From: Klebsormidium nitens
Lineage: Eukaryota; Plantae; Klebsormidiophyceae
Direction: 5' to 3'
Length of the DNA stretch: 51,459 nt
NCBI GenBank assembly: GCA_000708835.1
Contig: DF237562.1
Coordinates: forward strand, 1-51,459
In this document: in pieces, positions 31,880-44,926 of the stretch
Numbering within the stretch: the stretch's first letter is position 1
How the letters are laid out: each line of letters opens with the position of its first letter
Notes under the pieces: model-generated
The model's database searches: none
Seen by the model: only the letters and a program-made list of their open reading frames with translations
What the model was told of the DNA's origin: nothing
Position numbers and translations under genes: made by a program

Positions 31880-34800
31880 ATGGCGGCGTTTCGCACGGAT
31901 CAGAAACTGAGCATGTCTCTGGATGAGGTGATTGCGGAGGGTCGTTCTGGAGGGGGGGGAGCGGTGAGGAGGGCAACCCGGGGAGGGTATCGGAGTGCTC
32001 CCTACAGGGTGGGAGGGAGGTTTGGCAGCAGGTGGGGTGAAGCGCGTGCTAGCGCAAGTTGTTCCTGTGGCACACCCGAGCAGCTTGGGAGGACCCTGCA
32101 CATGCTTCTGAGTCCATGTTCTGCTTCCGCTTGACCTGGCGATGCACCAACTTGTGATGCTGGTAACCGGGGCACTCATGCTTGACTGGAGTTGACACCT
32201 CACGAGGAAGTAGGTGTCCGGGTAAGGCGCTCCAAAGGGCAACGCCTTAGTGAGCGCTGCTGGCATCCAGCCTGAAGCAGCAATTGCCGACCAGAAACCG
32301 CCAGCGACACGTGTGGCGCTTATTCCATGCTTGCCCCAGTCCTCCTCATCTCAAATATTCCGTGTTGGCCGTGCAAATGATGCTGGTGCTGCAATTTCGC
32401 TCCCTGACAGAAATTCTGCTGCTATAGAAGCATGCTGTTCTGTATTTTGCACTATTTCAAGCATCACTTTCGGGACTGATCGGTTTTTGTAAGGAGTCTT
32501 CGATTACTCTGCGTCAAAGCAGGCAGTTCTGCAACTTCGGAACGCCTACCTTTTATCAATACAACAAGTTTAGGAGTACAGGTTTGCGCCTTATTCTGCA
32601 AGCCATGATTAGGGTTTCTGGTAACAGTGTACTGTTATGGTTCTCAACCAAGGTGTCTTCGTCTTCTGCAGCCCGGGGTTGTGCCTAAACTGTCACAAGC
32701 CAGGCCATCTTGCTCGTGATTGCACTTCAGAGGCAGTGTGCAACAAGTGTGGTTCACCTGGGTAAGGATGTGGCTCCTGTCTCTTTGCATCATCTGTATG
32801 CATCTTTTCCGCAGGGCTCTGTTCATCTGACTTGCATCTTGGGTTCTTTGTTCTGGTAACATTATGAGGGCTTCCGGTGTCTGTTTGATAATACAATTAT
32901 ATGCATGTCTTTCTGCATAGAGGTGGTACACACAGTTTCTGAGATCCTTATCCTCGTAGTTACTTGACGACGTCAAAGGATGACGCCAAAATTTAATCTT
33001 TAGCTTTGCTGGTTAATTTTCCAAGCTCAAAGCACATACTGCCGTGGTTGCAGGCACTTGGCAGCTGATTGTGTCAGCGACCCTCTGTGCCACAACTGCA
33101 AGCAGTCTGGTCATCAGGTGAGTCTGGGCCTCTCGCTCAGAATTGTATTATATGTCGACCTCGTCTGCGCCCATTTTCTCTGCGCGAGTGCACAGGAAGA
33201 AGCAGGTTCTGGTTAGGTGAATGTGCTATTTGACTTGCCATACTTGCTTTGCACAAGTGCTTGTGGTCCAGTTGTCTTTTGTACTGGTCTGTCCTGCTCA
33301 GGGTCCAGTCTTGTTGTCATCCGAGCAGCAATGTTTACCACCAGCGTTTTGCTTGCCTGTGCAGGCCCGAGAGTGCCCCAATGCAGCCGTGTGCAACACC
33401 TGCGGCCAGCCTGGGTAAGAGCAAGCACGAAACCCTGTGCTTAGCTGCGCAAATCATTGGAGATTGCTGTTATTGACAAGCCGCATCTTGTTTTTTCATA
33501 TTGTTGCTTTGTCTGAGTTGGATATGAACAAGTAACAGTCACTTGAAACGAGTGCCCATAAGAATCTGATGGTCTGATCAAGTTTTTCTTTGATGCAGGC
33601 ACTTCTCCAGGGAGTGCCCGAGCATGGGAGCAGGCATGGGTGGCATGGTGTCTCGCTCACAGCTCTGCAACAATTGCTTCAAGCCAGGGTAAGTGCTCAA
33701 TCAGTTGCTCTGGATACTGCCCTTATGTTGTTGGACCTGAGACTTAGGTGCCTTCTGTTATTACACAGCTGCTTGGATAGTCCTTTGCCATCATTGTTCG
33801 GCATCTCACTGGATTGTTTGCTCTGGCAGACACATTGCGGCTGAGTGCGGCAACCCGCAAGCGTGCGCCAACTGTCACAAGCCGGGCCACATTGCGAGGG
33901 AGTGCACGTTTGACCCTGTCTGCAACACCTGCGGCAAAGTAGGGTAAGCAATCACGGGGTCTTTTGATTCAGTAAAGTTTCTGCTTTGAGTCACTCAAGT
34001 GGGATCTGCCATGTGGGTCCCGTTTCTGCATCAATTGCCTTCCTCCACCTTCCCTCCTTGTAAAGATGCACCGTGAAAAGGTTTATGGTGGGGTTTTCCC
34101 TCCCTCTGTTTTTGTCATGTCTTGCGATGTATTTATCTCAAGAACATCGTGTTGCCTGACCAGTGCACGTAATTTCAATAGTTGCATAGGCAGAAAGCTT
34201 CTAGAAGAAGGGTGCTCGCACCTTCAGGGGTTGAGGCTGGTTGTGATGCGACAATAACCCCCTCGCTGGGGTACCAGTGGATTCCTTGCCTGACTCCATT
34301 GCTTTCCTGTTCAGCCACTTGTCGCGCGAGTGCGCCATCCCCGCTCCTGGACGCGCTCCTCTGGGAGGTGGTGGCCCAGCACGCTCGATGCTCTGCAACA
34401 ACTGCTTCCAGCCAGGGTATGCACAACCGTCTCCCCACCACCTTTTTCCATGGCTCTTCCTATGATCCCTCATCGGGCAAATATTTCTCTGGAGAAGATT
34501 TATTTCGGATCGTTTCGCGGATTCAGGATCAGAACTGTGTTTGGAGACGCACAAAAGGGTTTGGTGCTATACTCTGTCCTGTAAGTAACAATAGACTTCG
34601 GGTTCGGTTGCCTGTTGTGCACTGTGAGCATGGTCCTGAGTACAGCTTTGGTTGATGATATGAGGCTTTTGTTTTCAGCTGGGTTTCTGATTCTCGTCAT
34701 CTGGTAATCTGCTGCAGGCACATTGCGGTGGAGTGCTCCTTCAGCCAGGCTTGTGCCAACTGCCACAAGCCAGGGCACATCGCTCGCGAGTGCACCGACG

Positions 34801-35572
34801 CCCCTGTCTGCAACACCTGCGGCACAATTGGGTGAGCGCCGTGCACGGGTTTCCGGGGGCTATCTGTGTTAGGAGCCTTATCGCATCTATCAGATGGGTT
34901 CACAACCGAGTGGTTTCGTTCAAGAAAGACGCCTTGATGAGCCCCACTATCGCATGAAAGGCGTTTGACAAGTTGCGTATCTCTATATTCCTGTGCACGC
35001 TGCAGATATCAGTCCAAGTGTTGTTTCGGCCTATATCAGGAAACGATTCGTTCTTTGATGAGCACTTGAGCTTACTCACATGGTTAATCTTGTGCAGGCA
35101 TATCTCGCGGGACTGTGCCCGTTTCACCAGCTCTGTGCGCAGTTTCCGTGGGCCGGCCAGCTTTGCGGAGGTCTGCTATAATTGCAAGAAGGCAGGCCAC
35201 CTTGCGAGGGACTGCACTGCGGCGACCATCTGCAACAATTGCGGTGGCAGGGGGTGAGTGTGCTAGTACGCGTGTGGGTGGAATAAGTCACTGGCATGCG
35301 TATTGCGAATGTTCACAGATGTCTTCAAACGAGCCATACTTGTTGACAGATTCGTGGATATCATTGATAAGAAACTGCGATAGGACTGCAGTGCCAGGCC
35401 TGACTGGTATGCCATCTGACGAATGCACCACCGAATGCTCCACCCGTTGGAGCTTATTTGTGGGTTTGGGTTCAACAAGGATGGGAACATTGAATCGAAG
35501 CTTTACCCTCGCTTTTGCAGGCATCTTGCCCTGGAGTGCCCTTCAGACCCCCAAGTGCGTGCTCGCCGGTAG
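31880..35572 (+). CDS. Multi-zinc-knuckle (12 x CX2CX4HX4C) nucleic-acid-binding protein of the plant GIS2/CNBP-like family, 10 exons
   Basis: Exons 31880-32031, 32672-32761, 33054-33117, 33365-33414, 33599-33688, 33830-33943, 34315-34416, 34718-34831, 35098-35253, 35521-35572. Twelve knuckles run from [14 protein letters not shown] to [14 protein letters not shown]. The N-terminus has [10 protein letters not shown] and RSAPY. Confidence 0.9.
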
Positions 35573-35779
35573 TGTTGTTTTGCGATGAGGGCAGCTTTGG
35601 CCTAGATACAAAGACCGAGTCAGCACTTTATGCAATTTTACCAACTTCAGCTCAGCTTAGGTTCAATGTTTTTCAGATTACCAACTTAAGTCTGCCCAGC
35701 TTCTACCCAGAAACAATTGGATTTTGGCAGCTGCATTGCTCACTTAGCGTTGAAGCCTTAACTTGATTGGATGACAGGC

Positions 35780-36480
35780 TGCTGCCTTCGTAAACATCAG
35801 TGATTCATACAGTGACGTGATGCGCAGCGCACCGCATATGCAGATTCATAGTGGGCTGAGTTCGATTATATCATAGTGGGCTGAGTTCGATTATAGTACC
35901 CTCAGTGTTGCAGAAGTCAGTTAATGAGAGTCTTAGGTATCCGTCATGTCATCTTAAGTGACGCAGTCCACCGGCTTCATGCATGTTCTCATCATGAGTC
36001 GTACATGCACTCGGTGTAAGTTTGCCTGCAGCGCTGCAGTCCCTGCATGCACATGTCATGAAATGCGTGCATGGCGCCACAGAGCTAGTCAGTTGCATCG
36101 AATATAATCCGACGGAATTGTGGGCACTGAGTCAGTTCCAATATACGTATACCTATATATCGGATTGATGATGGTCTCTTTTCAAATACGCCGTGGCCAA
36201 ATTGCAATTTGGCCATGGCCATATAGGCTTCTCATGATGATCCGCAAATGATCATGCGCACTACATCTCCCATGTGATGGTTTATACTAGTATGCGAGTA
36301 TATACATTATGGAGCGCCGCGCGCGCGCATTTGCACGCCGCCGCCATGTATAAGTGACTAATGATGCCGCCGGCCGCCGCGGCATATCATCACCGTCTTG
36401 AAGATATCATGCAGTGGGGCATGCATGACGGTCGATCGGATCATGAAAAAGAGTGACCATCATGCAAATCGAAGCTGTAC
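35780..36480. other. Palindrome-rich intergenic island 3 (between the convergent CCHC and TPX2 3' ends)
   Basis: Perfect 22-bp palindrome tggccaaattgcaatttggcca (36194-36215). 25-bp tandem duplication tcatagtgggctgagttcgattata (35846-35895). Dense catg/gcgc/atat words. Confidence 0.55.
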
Positions 36481-36863
36481 TGTGAGATTACTGTCTCAGC
36501 TTTCAAGCGACATGAGTTTTGGGATCGCCAAAGATGGTCCACGAGCGGGCTTCAAATCTCCGAGGCTCCAGTTACTGAGGCAAGAATTTTATGTGCATGT
36601 CATGTCCAGTTACAAGGTGGCGGCAGAAATTGTTTTCACGTACTAGCTATGTGGCCGGTGCACTAACAGGATATAGCTGGCTTGCCTGCCGTCAGGTTGT
36701 ACACCGACACTCGATTCTCGTCTGGAACAGCAGAGTACATGCAGTTCATCGTAGCTAGAGTCAACATGTGCCACTTTTCTCAGATCAGCTTCGCTATTAC
36801 CTGCCCAATCAATTAAAGCGGCCTCGACCACGCAAATTAGGACAGACACTTTGCCTGATCAGA

Positions 36864-39800
36864 TCACGGCCGCCCATGGTCTCCAAAAAGCTCCTTCCAA
36901 GTTGGCGGAGGGGGCGCCTTGTTGGCTTTCTCATACGACATGATTGAAAACTTGGGGGAATGGGGCACAGTCAGCCCCTTTGTGGACCTGCAAATCCGTG
37001 TCGACTTGATTGAGAAGGAGGATCAACTTTAATTAGTTGAACGCAACATCGAAATGAACACATGGCACAATTTCATAATCTAGCTGAGGTGCGAACAATT
37101 CTTCAATGTTCGATGCGAACTGGACAACCGAGCACCCTGATTGGTGCATGGATAGAAGAAGATGGTCTATTGACGGACACTCGTTGTAAAGCGGGTCTGG
37201 CGCACTCACTTGCGTGGCTTGAAGGGTTTGTCGAAGAAGGGCATCGGCTGAGCGCGGACCACGAGGCTGCGCCGCAGCGCCGCCACCTCCGCCTCCTCGC
37301 GCTCCTGAAGCAGCCACGCGAAGTGACGTCAGAGCCGGAACAGAGTAACGTGGTCAGACACCTTATATAAGGAACCTTGCGAAGCACTGATCCTGACTGT
37401 GAATGGTGACTACCTAAGAACTTATCAAGGGAATGCAAAATGGCTTTTCAAGCTGTTCGGAAACGGGTTGAAGGGCCAGACACACACTATGAGTGAACGG
37501 ACGAAATGTCGAACTGAGTAGTTGTAGGCAAGACACACTGGCCACTTCGGCACGAGGCTCGATGGGCTGTGACTACCTGAGGGCACACCGCCCCGCTCCG
37601 ACAACGGAGATACTCCGTGCCCGAGCTCGCTACCATGCTCGACCCTAATGAATAGTTTGTGCTTCTTACATCAGCTTCTCATCTGGTCAAAGCACACTCA
37701 AAAAGTCGGTTTGCCCTTAACCTGGCTCCTGGCCTAATATTATTCAGCAGTCACTGAAAAAGTGCTGGGACGGTCGTTGCGCCCGCTCTGTCCAACCTCT
37801 GACATACTTTCCAGTCTCCACTTTCTCTGACGCGCTCACCCTCTTCCGTTGCTCCGCCTGGTCTCGCTCGCGCGCCGCGGCCGCGATCTTGTCGGCCATG
37901 AGCTGGTCGAACTCGCGCCGTTCCGCTGCGCGCTGATCCGTGCGCAGCGCAAACGCCTCCGCCTCGGAAGCAGCGGAGCGGGCCGCGCCGGAAAGGCCGG
38001 CAGCACCTGCGGGAAACGGAATCTACTTGGTGGGCGGCGTTGCAAGAGGAGAAAGGAAAGGAGTACGATACGACCGTCTGTTTGTGCGCGAACTTAAAAA
38101 CTTGAAAAATATACGAGGGGGTTCACGGGCACTAAGACCCACCAAGTTCAATGAGCGGCCAATTGCGGATAGTCAATTTACTTTCTGCGGAGGGAGCAAG
38201 GAACGGTTCGGCTCGGGAACTTTCTTTCTCGTGGCGTTTGTCGCGCACGTAAGATGAGGAGCGACAAGCTGCAAAAGGGGATGACGTCTCTTCTAGCGAC
38301 GTCTCTTCACCCCGTCTGTAGTCGCGACTCGACCGTTCGAAACCTCTATCTTCCTTATTCGACAGACGAACTACATGCCGCATAAGATCCTTGCATCCAT
38401 CCACATGAGGAAAGCGAAAGTGCGGTTCACTACAGCGGCACACCGCTCCTGTCGGCTCTCAATGTCAGAGCGGCCGAAAGCGAGGCTTTGAACAGCGACG
38501 TTTCCTCACCTGGGCTGCTGGCGGGGCGCGGCTTGATGTGCCCCGCCGCGCTGCGCCGCGCCTTTTCGGCCTGGCTGTCCAGCTCCGCTTGGATGCGCGC
38601 GCGCACAGCCTCGTGACGGCGCACGCTGTCCAGGTCGAAGGGCGCCGGCACCGTCGAGTGCTTCACGACCGGCTTCGGGGGGACCTGCGCAGAATGATAG
38701 CGGGCCTTGAATACAAAAGCACGCAGAAAAGCTTCGGAATCGACGATCTTGCCAACGGAGGAATAGAACGGCTCAGGCTCTGAGTGGTTGGATTAGATTG
38801 ACTGGCTGTCTTAAGACCACAACTTATACAAACTTCACATACTGTGAGCAGCGGGCGACGACGCCAATTGCATGACCAAGTGCATTAAATCGCCCAAAGT
38901 AAAGAAGCTTTGGCCGGAACAGCACAGGAGAACCACGCGGACTGATCGGTAAATTCGACGGCCTTGCAGATGGGGAAATTTACTAAAATCAGCTCCGCCT
39001 TTTCCACGAAGCACCTATCAGTTTGAAATGAATGGTTGCCTATCATTCTGAAGTAGAAGTTTTGATCCCGTGAGCAAAGGAAACCTCTGCCGCCAGCACC
39101 AGTCGAGAATACTCGATGGAACCGTCTCCTTAACCAGGAAACCTTATGCAAAAGGTCAGCACGGCAGCTCGCAGGCATTCGAAGGCATGGGGCGCCTGCT
39201 GCCGTCAGACATGGGGTGGCTGACCTGCGGCACGTCGAGCGAGGGCGGCAGCGGGTGCGCGTGCGGGATGCGCGCGGCCTCCTCCTCGCGCCGCTGGTGC
39301 TGCACCGCAGCCTGCCACTGCGCGAGCTTCGCTGCGCCCCGCTCCTGCACGGGCGACCGAGTGTGGTCAGTCAATTCATATAAGTATCTGCTAGGAGAAC
39401 AGTGACCGATGCGGCTCTGGAACTTTGTCGCTGGTCGCTTCTGCCACCGCTTTTAACATGCAGAGCCACAAGCCGCAAATGCAGATAATGCTGTCTCAAG
39501 TTCAAAATAGCGACGTCTCTCCCCCCCTCCGCAACCACCATTCCGACCGGTCAAAAAATCTCGCTTCCTCGCCAAAACAAGCAAGAAAGGCGATCCCGCA
39601 TCAGCTCCGCTGCGCCTAGATCCTCTTTGAAAGGTCCAGCGTCTAGAAGGTTGGAAACGCCCACTTGAGTTGAGTAATTCTTAGCAAGGGAAAGCAGGCC
39701 GTTGGAAGGGACGGAGAGCGGAAGTTCAGCCTCATTGGAGAGTGGTTTCGACCATTGAAAAACCCATTGTTGATCGCGACTCGGCCTTTTGGAGTCTAAA

Positions 39801-42800
39801 CAAGGTCCGCATTGATGGCATCGCGTTAACGAATGGGTGGCGAAGACAGCCCGGTTGACGTGGGTGTTGTTGACAATGTATCACGAAGAGACCGGCGAGA
39901 CGAAGCACCAGAGGGCTACTTACGGGCACACACATTCCATCGAGGCTTTGGGATGCGCATTCTGACAATGAGGACTCATTGTTTTATGCCCACGTATCCA
40001 AACCTGGATCGTGCATTTCAAAGAGCGGAGCTGCAACACAAGGTTCCCGCTATGACAGGCCAGCAGCAACCGAGTGAAACAGGTTCAATCAGACGCTGAA
40101 TCATTTCCACTGGCCCGGCAGAAAGAAGACCAGACCGCCCGTGATTCTCACCTCCGTTCGGAGAGGGAAGGGGTGGGGATGCGTGACCTTGGGAGGAGCG
40201 GGCGGGGCTGCTGGCCGGGGGGCAGCCAGAGGGATAGCGGAGGAACGCAGCCAGCCCTGCGATCACAGAAGACGATTAAGCTAAGCACAGAGTGGAAGCC
40301 GGCTGGAACGCTCTCTGCTCGGCACGAAGTAGAGCCCCTGCCGGGCATTGTCAACTCCTACCTTCATTACTTTCTAGAGTAAGCCAGACAATTATTAACA
40401 CTGTGGGCAGTCAACGCAGGTCTCTCAGCTTGCATAGCAAAGGTTTGTACAAGCAAGGCAGTGACAGATCTGAGGGAGGAGGGCCGGGACTCCTTTGAAT
40501 AACAGGAGTAAGAAGAGAGCACGTTGGCGAACTAAAATGTGGATCTTCATAATATCATCAGATAATGCATAAATTTCGCCACTGAATAATCATAGATATC
40601 GTCTGCGAGTATAAATTTTAGCCTGGCCACCAGGACCGAGCCTCTGGCCATCAGGTTGGCTTGACGAGTGACGAAAGGCAGGAGGCGTCCAGGATGCATC
40701 CAGAACGCTCGGTGACTGACCATGGTGACCGCATGCTTCCTGCTGTCCTGCTCCAGCTTGGCCATCCTGCGCACCACGGCCAACCGCCGCTCCTTCTCCT
40801 TCAAGGTCAGCCGCACCGCCAGCGGACGAGCACTGCACAGCAGAAACGACTTTGCATCAACGGGTGCGTAAGAGCTGTTGGTGGCCATCTCAAACCAAAA
40901 GAGAGCCAGTGTTGGTCTTTTCTTTAACGCTTCCTCCGCTGTCAGATGGGGATCTCGGTCACTCCAAACGTATATACTGCAGGCAAAAGTTCGATATGTT
41001 GTCCAAGAGCCTTATCAAGAGACCTTTCTTTGCAGATAGTTTATCTCCTGCAACAGGGTTAAGACCAAGTCGTGGGGACTCACTGCGAGATGGTTCCTGC
41101 CTTGCCTCCCGGTGTGCCCCTCTTCCTGGCCCCCTCCTTCTTGGCTCGCCCCCGGGGGGTGTGACTCCTCTCGCGCGCCTTCCTGCTCGCCCCCCCCAGC
41201 CTCTGTAGCAGCGACCGCCTCTTACCCCTCCCTCCTTCCATCTTCTCCCCTTCCTCTCGGGGGGACTCTTCCGGTTCCTCTGGTTCGACACCTGTGCACG
41301 GTTTCGGCTGATCTGGGGCGGCCAAGAAGCTCCCTCTCCGGCCCCCATGTGCGCTCTCCTCAAACTGCAACACGCAAGCAACTTTCCCCTCTTCGCCCCC
41401 CGCTTTTCCCTCCCCTCCGGTTGGTTTTTGCTTTTCTAGGGGGGAAACTGACCCCAGCAAGGCCCCCACCGCGGCGCCCATCCGCCGCAGCAGCTGGCCC
41501 GCCTTCTCCATACTGCTTGGCGGGGGCTGATCATCAGTACTTTCTCGCCGAGGGCTCAACGCCCGCTTGACCCCTGCGTTCTCAACACCCCCCGCCACAT
41601 CCCCTTTGACGCTTCTATCCTCTGCGATTGAGAGGTTATTCATCCGCTCCTCGAGGAGATCCGCCACCTTCTTGCCCCCCCCCACTCTCGAGTTCTCCTG
41701 TTTTGCACCCAGCTCCACGTTGATGCTCCGCCTCAACTTCCACGCCGCGCGCACTTTCTCCACACGAGGGCTGCTCGCGCGCACCAGCCCTGCCGTTTCC
41801 GACTTCCGGCCCTTCAGCCGCCCCACCGCAGTGGGGGCCAACCTGAGCTGCGCACTCAGCTTCCCCACCCCCCCTTTTGCATTTTCATCCATTTCGCCGA
41901 GGCTGCTTCGCACGCTGCCCCCACTGCTCCGCGCCCTTCCTAACGAGCTCTTCTTGGGGATAGGCGGGTCTTTTGCAACAACACTTCTTGCATCAGCCTT
42001 GTTCTCAGCGCCAATCCTTCGCTGAAGCATGGCCGCCTCCCCATTCTCGCTGCGCCGTCCATCCTCCCCACCTTTTGCTGCTACTTCCGCTGCCCCCTTC
42101 CAGCTACGGTCATCTAAGCTCCTCCCTCGACTGCTCCTTAGCCGCACGTGCCCCGGCTTTGGCCCGGCGGGGGGCTTCCGCTGCCCTCCAATCTGCCCCC
42201 CCACTCCCACATTCTCTTGCATCGCGGCGCTGCTCTCAAGGGGCACGGACATGTCTTGCCGTAGTACGGCCTTGCTGACGTCAGCAGGCCTGGCGGGGCC
42301 AGGGAGGTCCCGCCCGGGCACTCTCCTGGCGCCACCTGTCGTTGTCTGGAGGGGCTCCAGCGGCTTCTTGTTGCGGCGCATGAAGAGCGGCTGGGAGGCC
42401 GCAGCCAGAGTGGCGCTCATTGCCTGTGCAAATGCATCGGCGGCGGAAGCAGGGAGCGGGGGTCTCGTTGTGACGGGCTTCTCAATTTTCCTAGTCAACG
42501 TGCTTTCTGCCTTTGCCTCAGCACGCTCGATGGGGTCGACGGTCGAGAGTGCTTCTGAGGGCACGCTAGCCACTTCTGGTTGTGTTGGCAGAACGGGGTC
42601 ATCCTCTACAGGGCTGGGACGGTCTGCAGGCTGAGATGGGGGACTGCCAACATTGGGCTCGTCTTGATTCTCGTCGTTTGCTGGGGGCGCAACAGCAGGG
42701 ACCTTGAAGGGAGAAGCAGAGACGGCTGCGGCAGCCATGGCGGTGAGGGAAAGCACGGACTTGCGGAGGGGGGAGGGGCCGACCACTGCATAAGAAACAA

Positions 42801-43814
42801 GGAGCGGGTAAGACATTGCCACAAGAAACCAATTCAGGATCTCCTTCACTTGCTGCTTACCAGTCAGGCCTGATGGAATGGCGTAGAGACAGGTGACATG
42901 CTTGCCTGTATCAGTGCCAGCTCAGCGCCCAAGTTCTTTGACAAGAAGACCGGTCACTACTGTTCTGGAGGTTGTGACAGGGTATTGCGCGTCACCTTGT
43001 CTGCGCTGGGCACGACCTGGGGAGGTTGGGGGATGCCCCTGTTTCTGGCGCAGCCGCAACGGGGAACCCGACACTGAGCGCGACTTCTGCAGATACCCCA
43101 GAGGAACAACAATGTAAGTGCAGAGTGAAAACCCTTTATCCGGTCGAGGACTCCCTCACGTATTTCAGAAGGCCACTGCTTGTGGACTCAGAGAAGGGCT
43201 ACCAGACGAACTGCTAAGCGGAGGGCGATCAGGTGGAATGAAGGACACTTGAGTGCAGCTTGCTCAGAAGGCTGCAGCAGTGCAGGATTTGTCCTTACCT
43301 TGTGGGCGCTGTTGACTTTGAGCAGCTTCTTGGGCTCATGATAGGCAGCAGGAGACTCTGCGGAATGGAAACCATATTATGAAAGGGGCGCCATCATTTG
43401 TCTCGCATTGGATTGAGCTTTGATCTCCACTTGACATCTTAATGGGGCATCAGCAAGCACCCTAGACAAGGATCTCGCAGGGGCCCATGTGTGGTGCAAC
43501 CTGAACCGCCCAGGTAGGGAGATTCTCTGGTGGGATACAAGCATCAAAACATAGCAGGCATCTCCCGCAGCATGGCGACCCTCCGAAGGACAGTTTCAGG
43601 AGCTTTCACATTGTGGGGGACGTTAGTATTCTTTTATCAACCTGTTGCAACGATACTCACCAACGATGGCAGTGTTTGGATCCTCAAACCACTTGTCCAC
43701 TGTTCCATCATCCGAGAGCCGCCCAAAGTCCCAGTACTTGGGGGCTGCAATGTTCTCATAGACCGGGTCCAACTCAAAGCGTTCCGCCTCTCCCTCCTCC
43801 ACATCAAGCTCCAT
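36864..43814 (-). CDS. TPX2: TPX2 microtubule-associated protein with Aurora-binding, importin-binding and C-terminal TPX2 domains, 11 exons
   Basis: Exons 43661-43814, 43299-43357, 42996(or 43017)-43086, 41084-42785, 40721-40832, 40152-40256, 39225-39344, 38510-38684, 37840-38006, 37210-37304, 36864-36987; phases are consistent. Motifs: YENIAAPKYWDF...KWF, VTHPHPFPLRTEERGAAK...EEEAARIPHAHP, TVPAPFDLDSVRRHE, FALRTDQRAAERREFD...LRRSLVVRAQPMPFF, LTVPHSPKFS. Confidence 0.85.
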
Positions 43815-44926
43815 CCTCTCTCACGAGCAGACTCGCAATCAGTTCAGTGGCGGTGTTAAGCAACCCAGCTTGCAGAATGCTGACAGCTTGGCGGATCCTA
43901 CGAGTCCCCTAGATCAAGCTACCAGTTCTGCACCGGACAACCCTTCGATACGACCGAAACTCGTTATTTGGGCTTCCTATCCTGCAGAATGCAAGGGACA
44001 GTGCTTTGCACGCTTTGACATATTCATTGAGAGTTGGAAAGACGTTCTGAAGCTCCCAGAGCAGACTCAAGCCGAGTCAACGCGCTGCCTTCAGTACGCC
44101 ATTCCTAACATCATCCTCCTGCTGCATTTCCAGCTATGGCTGCGATCGCTGCTCACCAACCCCCAATTCGCGCAGGTTGCCTCTTTCTGCATTGACCTTT
44201 GACATCATCGTGCCAAGAAGAAGACGGTCATTGCAAGTCGTACCTACCTATCCCAGCTAACGGCTAGGTGATATCCAACCGTCGATTCCTGGCTCAATCG
44301 CGACCAACGGCCAGAAAGCTGAGGGGGTACGTCACTTTGCGCCACGTTAAATGACATCATGACCCTGACTCGCTCTGCTGGGTTTCCCAAACCTCCGAAA
44401 CCCCCGCCCTTTGAAGTTCCTCAATCCGGATCGCGTTCTACCGCAGACCGCGCGCGGCCCCAATAATATACCATGAGCATTCTGACAAACCGACTTGAAT
44501 CAGAAACCAGACAGACTTGCTTGAAGTGTTGATCGAATTGGCATTGGCGTGCCGAGGTTGCATTGGCGTGCCGAGAGCTGCGGCTCTGCGCTTTGAATTT
44601 TGGATTGAACTGGTCGCAACGCCACTGAGGAATCCTACTTTAGGGGCTCGGCATTATTCGCCGTGCGGAAAGAAGAGGGGGCTCTTGCCAAGAGAAAAGA
44701 TTCTGGTTGAGCTAAGCAGGGGCTCACAGATAGCACGTCGGCATGCTTGGAAATTGGGCATGCTTGGATAGGTGTAGGATAGGTGTAGCGGTATCCTGAC
44801 ACCACCTCGTTCGAGTGCAAGTTTTGAAAGCACATAGTCCGCAGAGGCTATTTGGGATGTTCTTGGTCATGAACATCTGACACAGGAATTGGGACTGCTA
44901 AAAGTCGTGCTCTTGTTTTAGCAGCC

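Noticed and set aside
43870-44210. Upstream ATGs and a possible extra coding exon for TPX2
   Set aside because: All three frames after the candidate acceptor near 43982 hit stops before 43814, so this is treated as 5' UTR.
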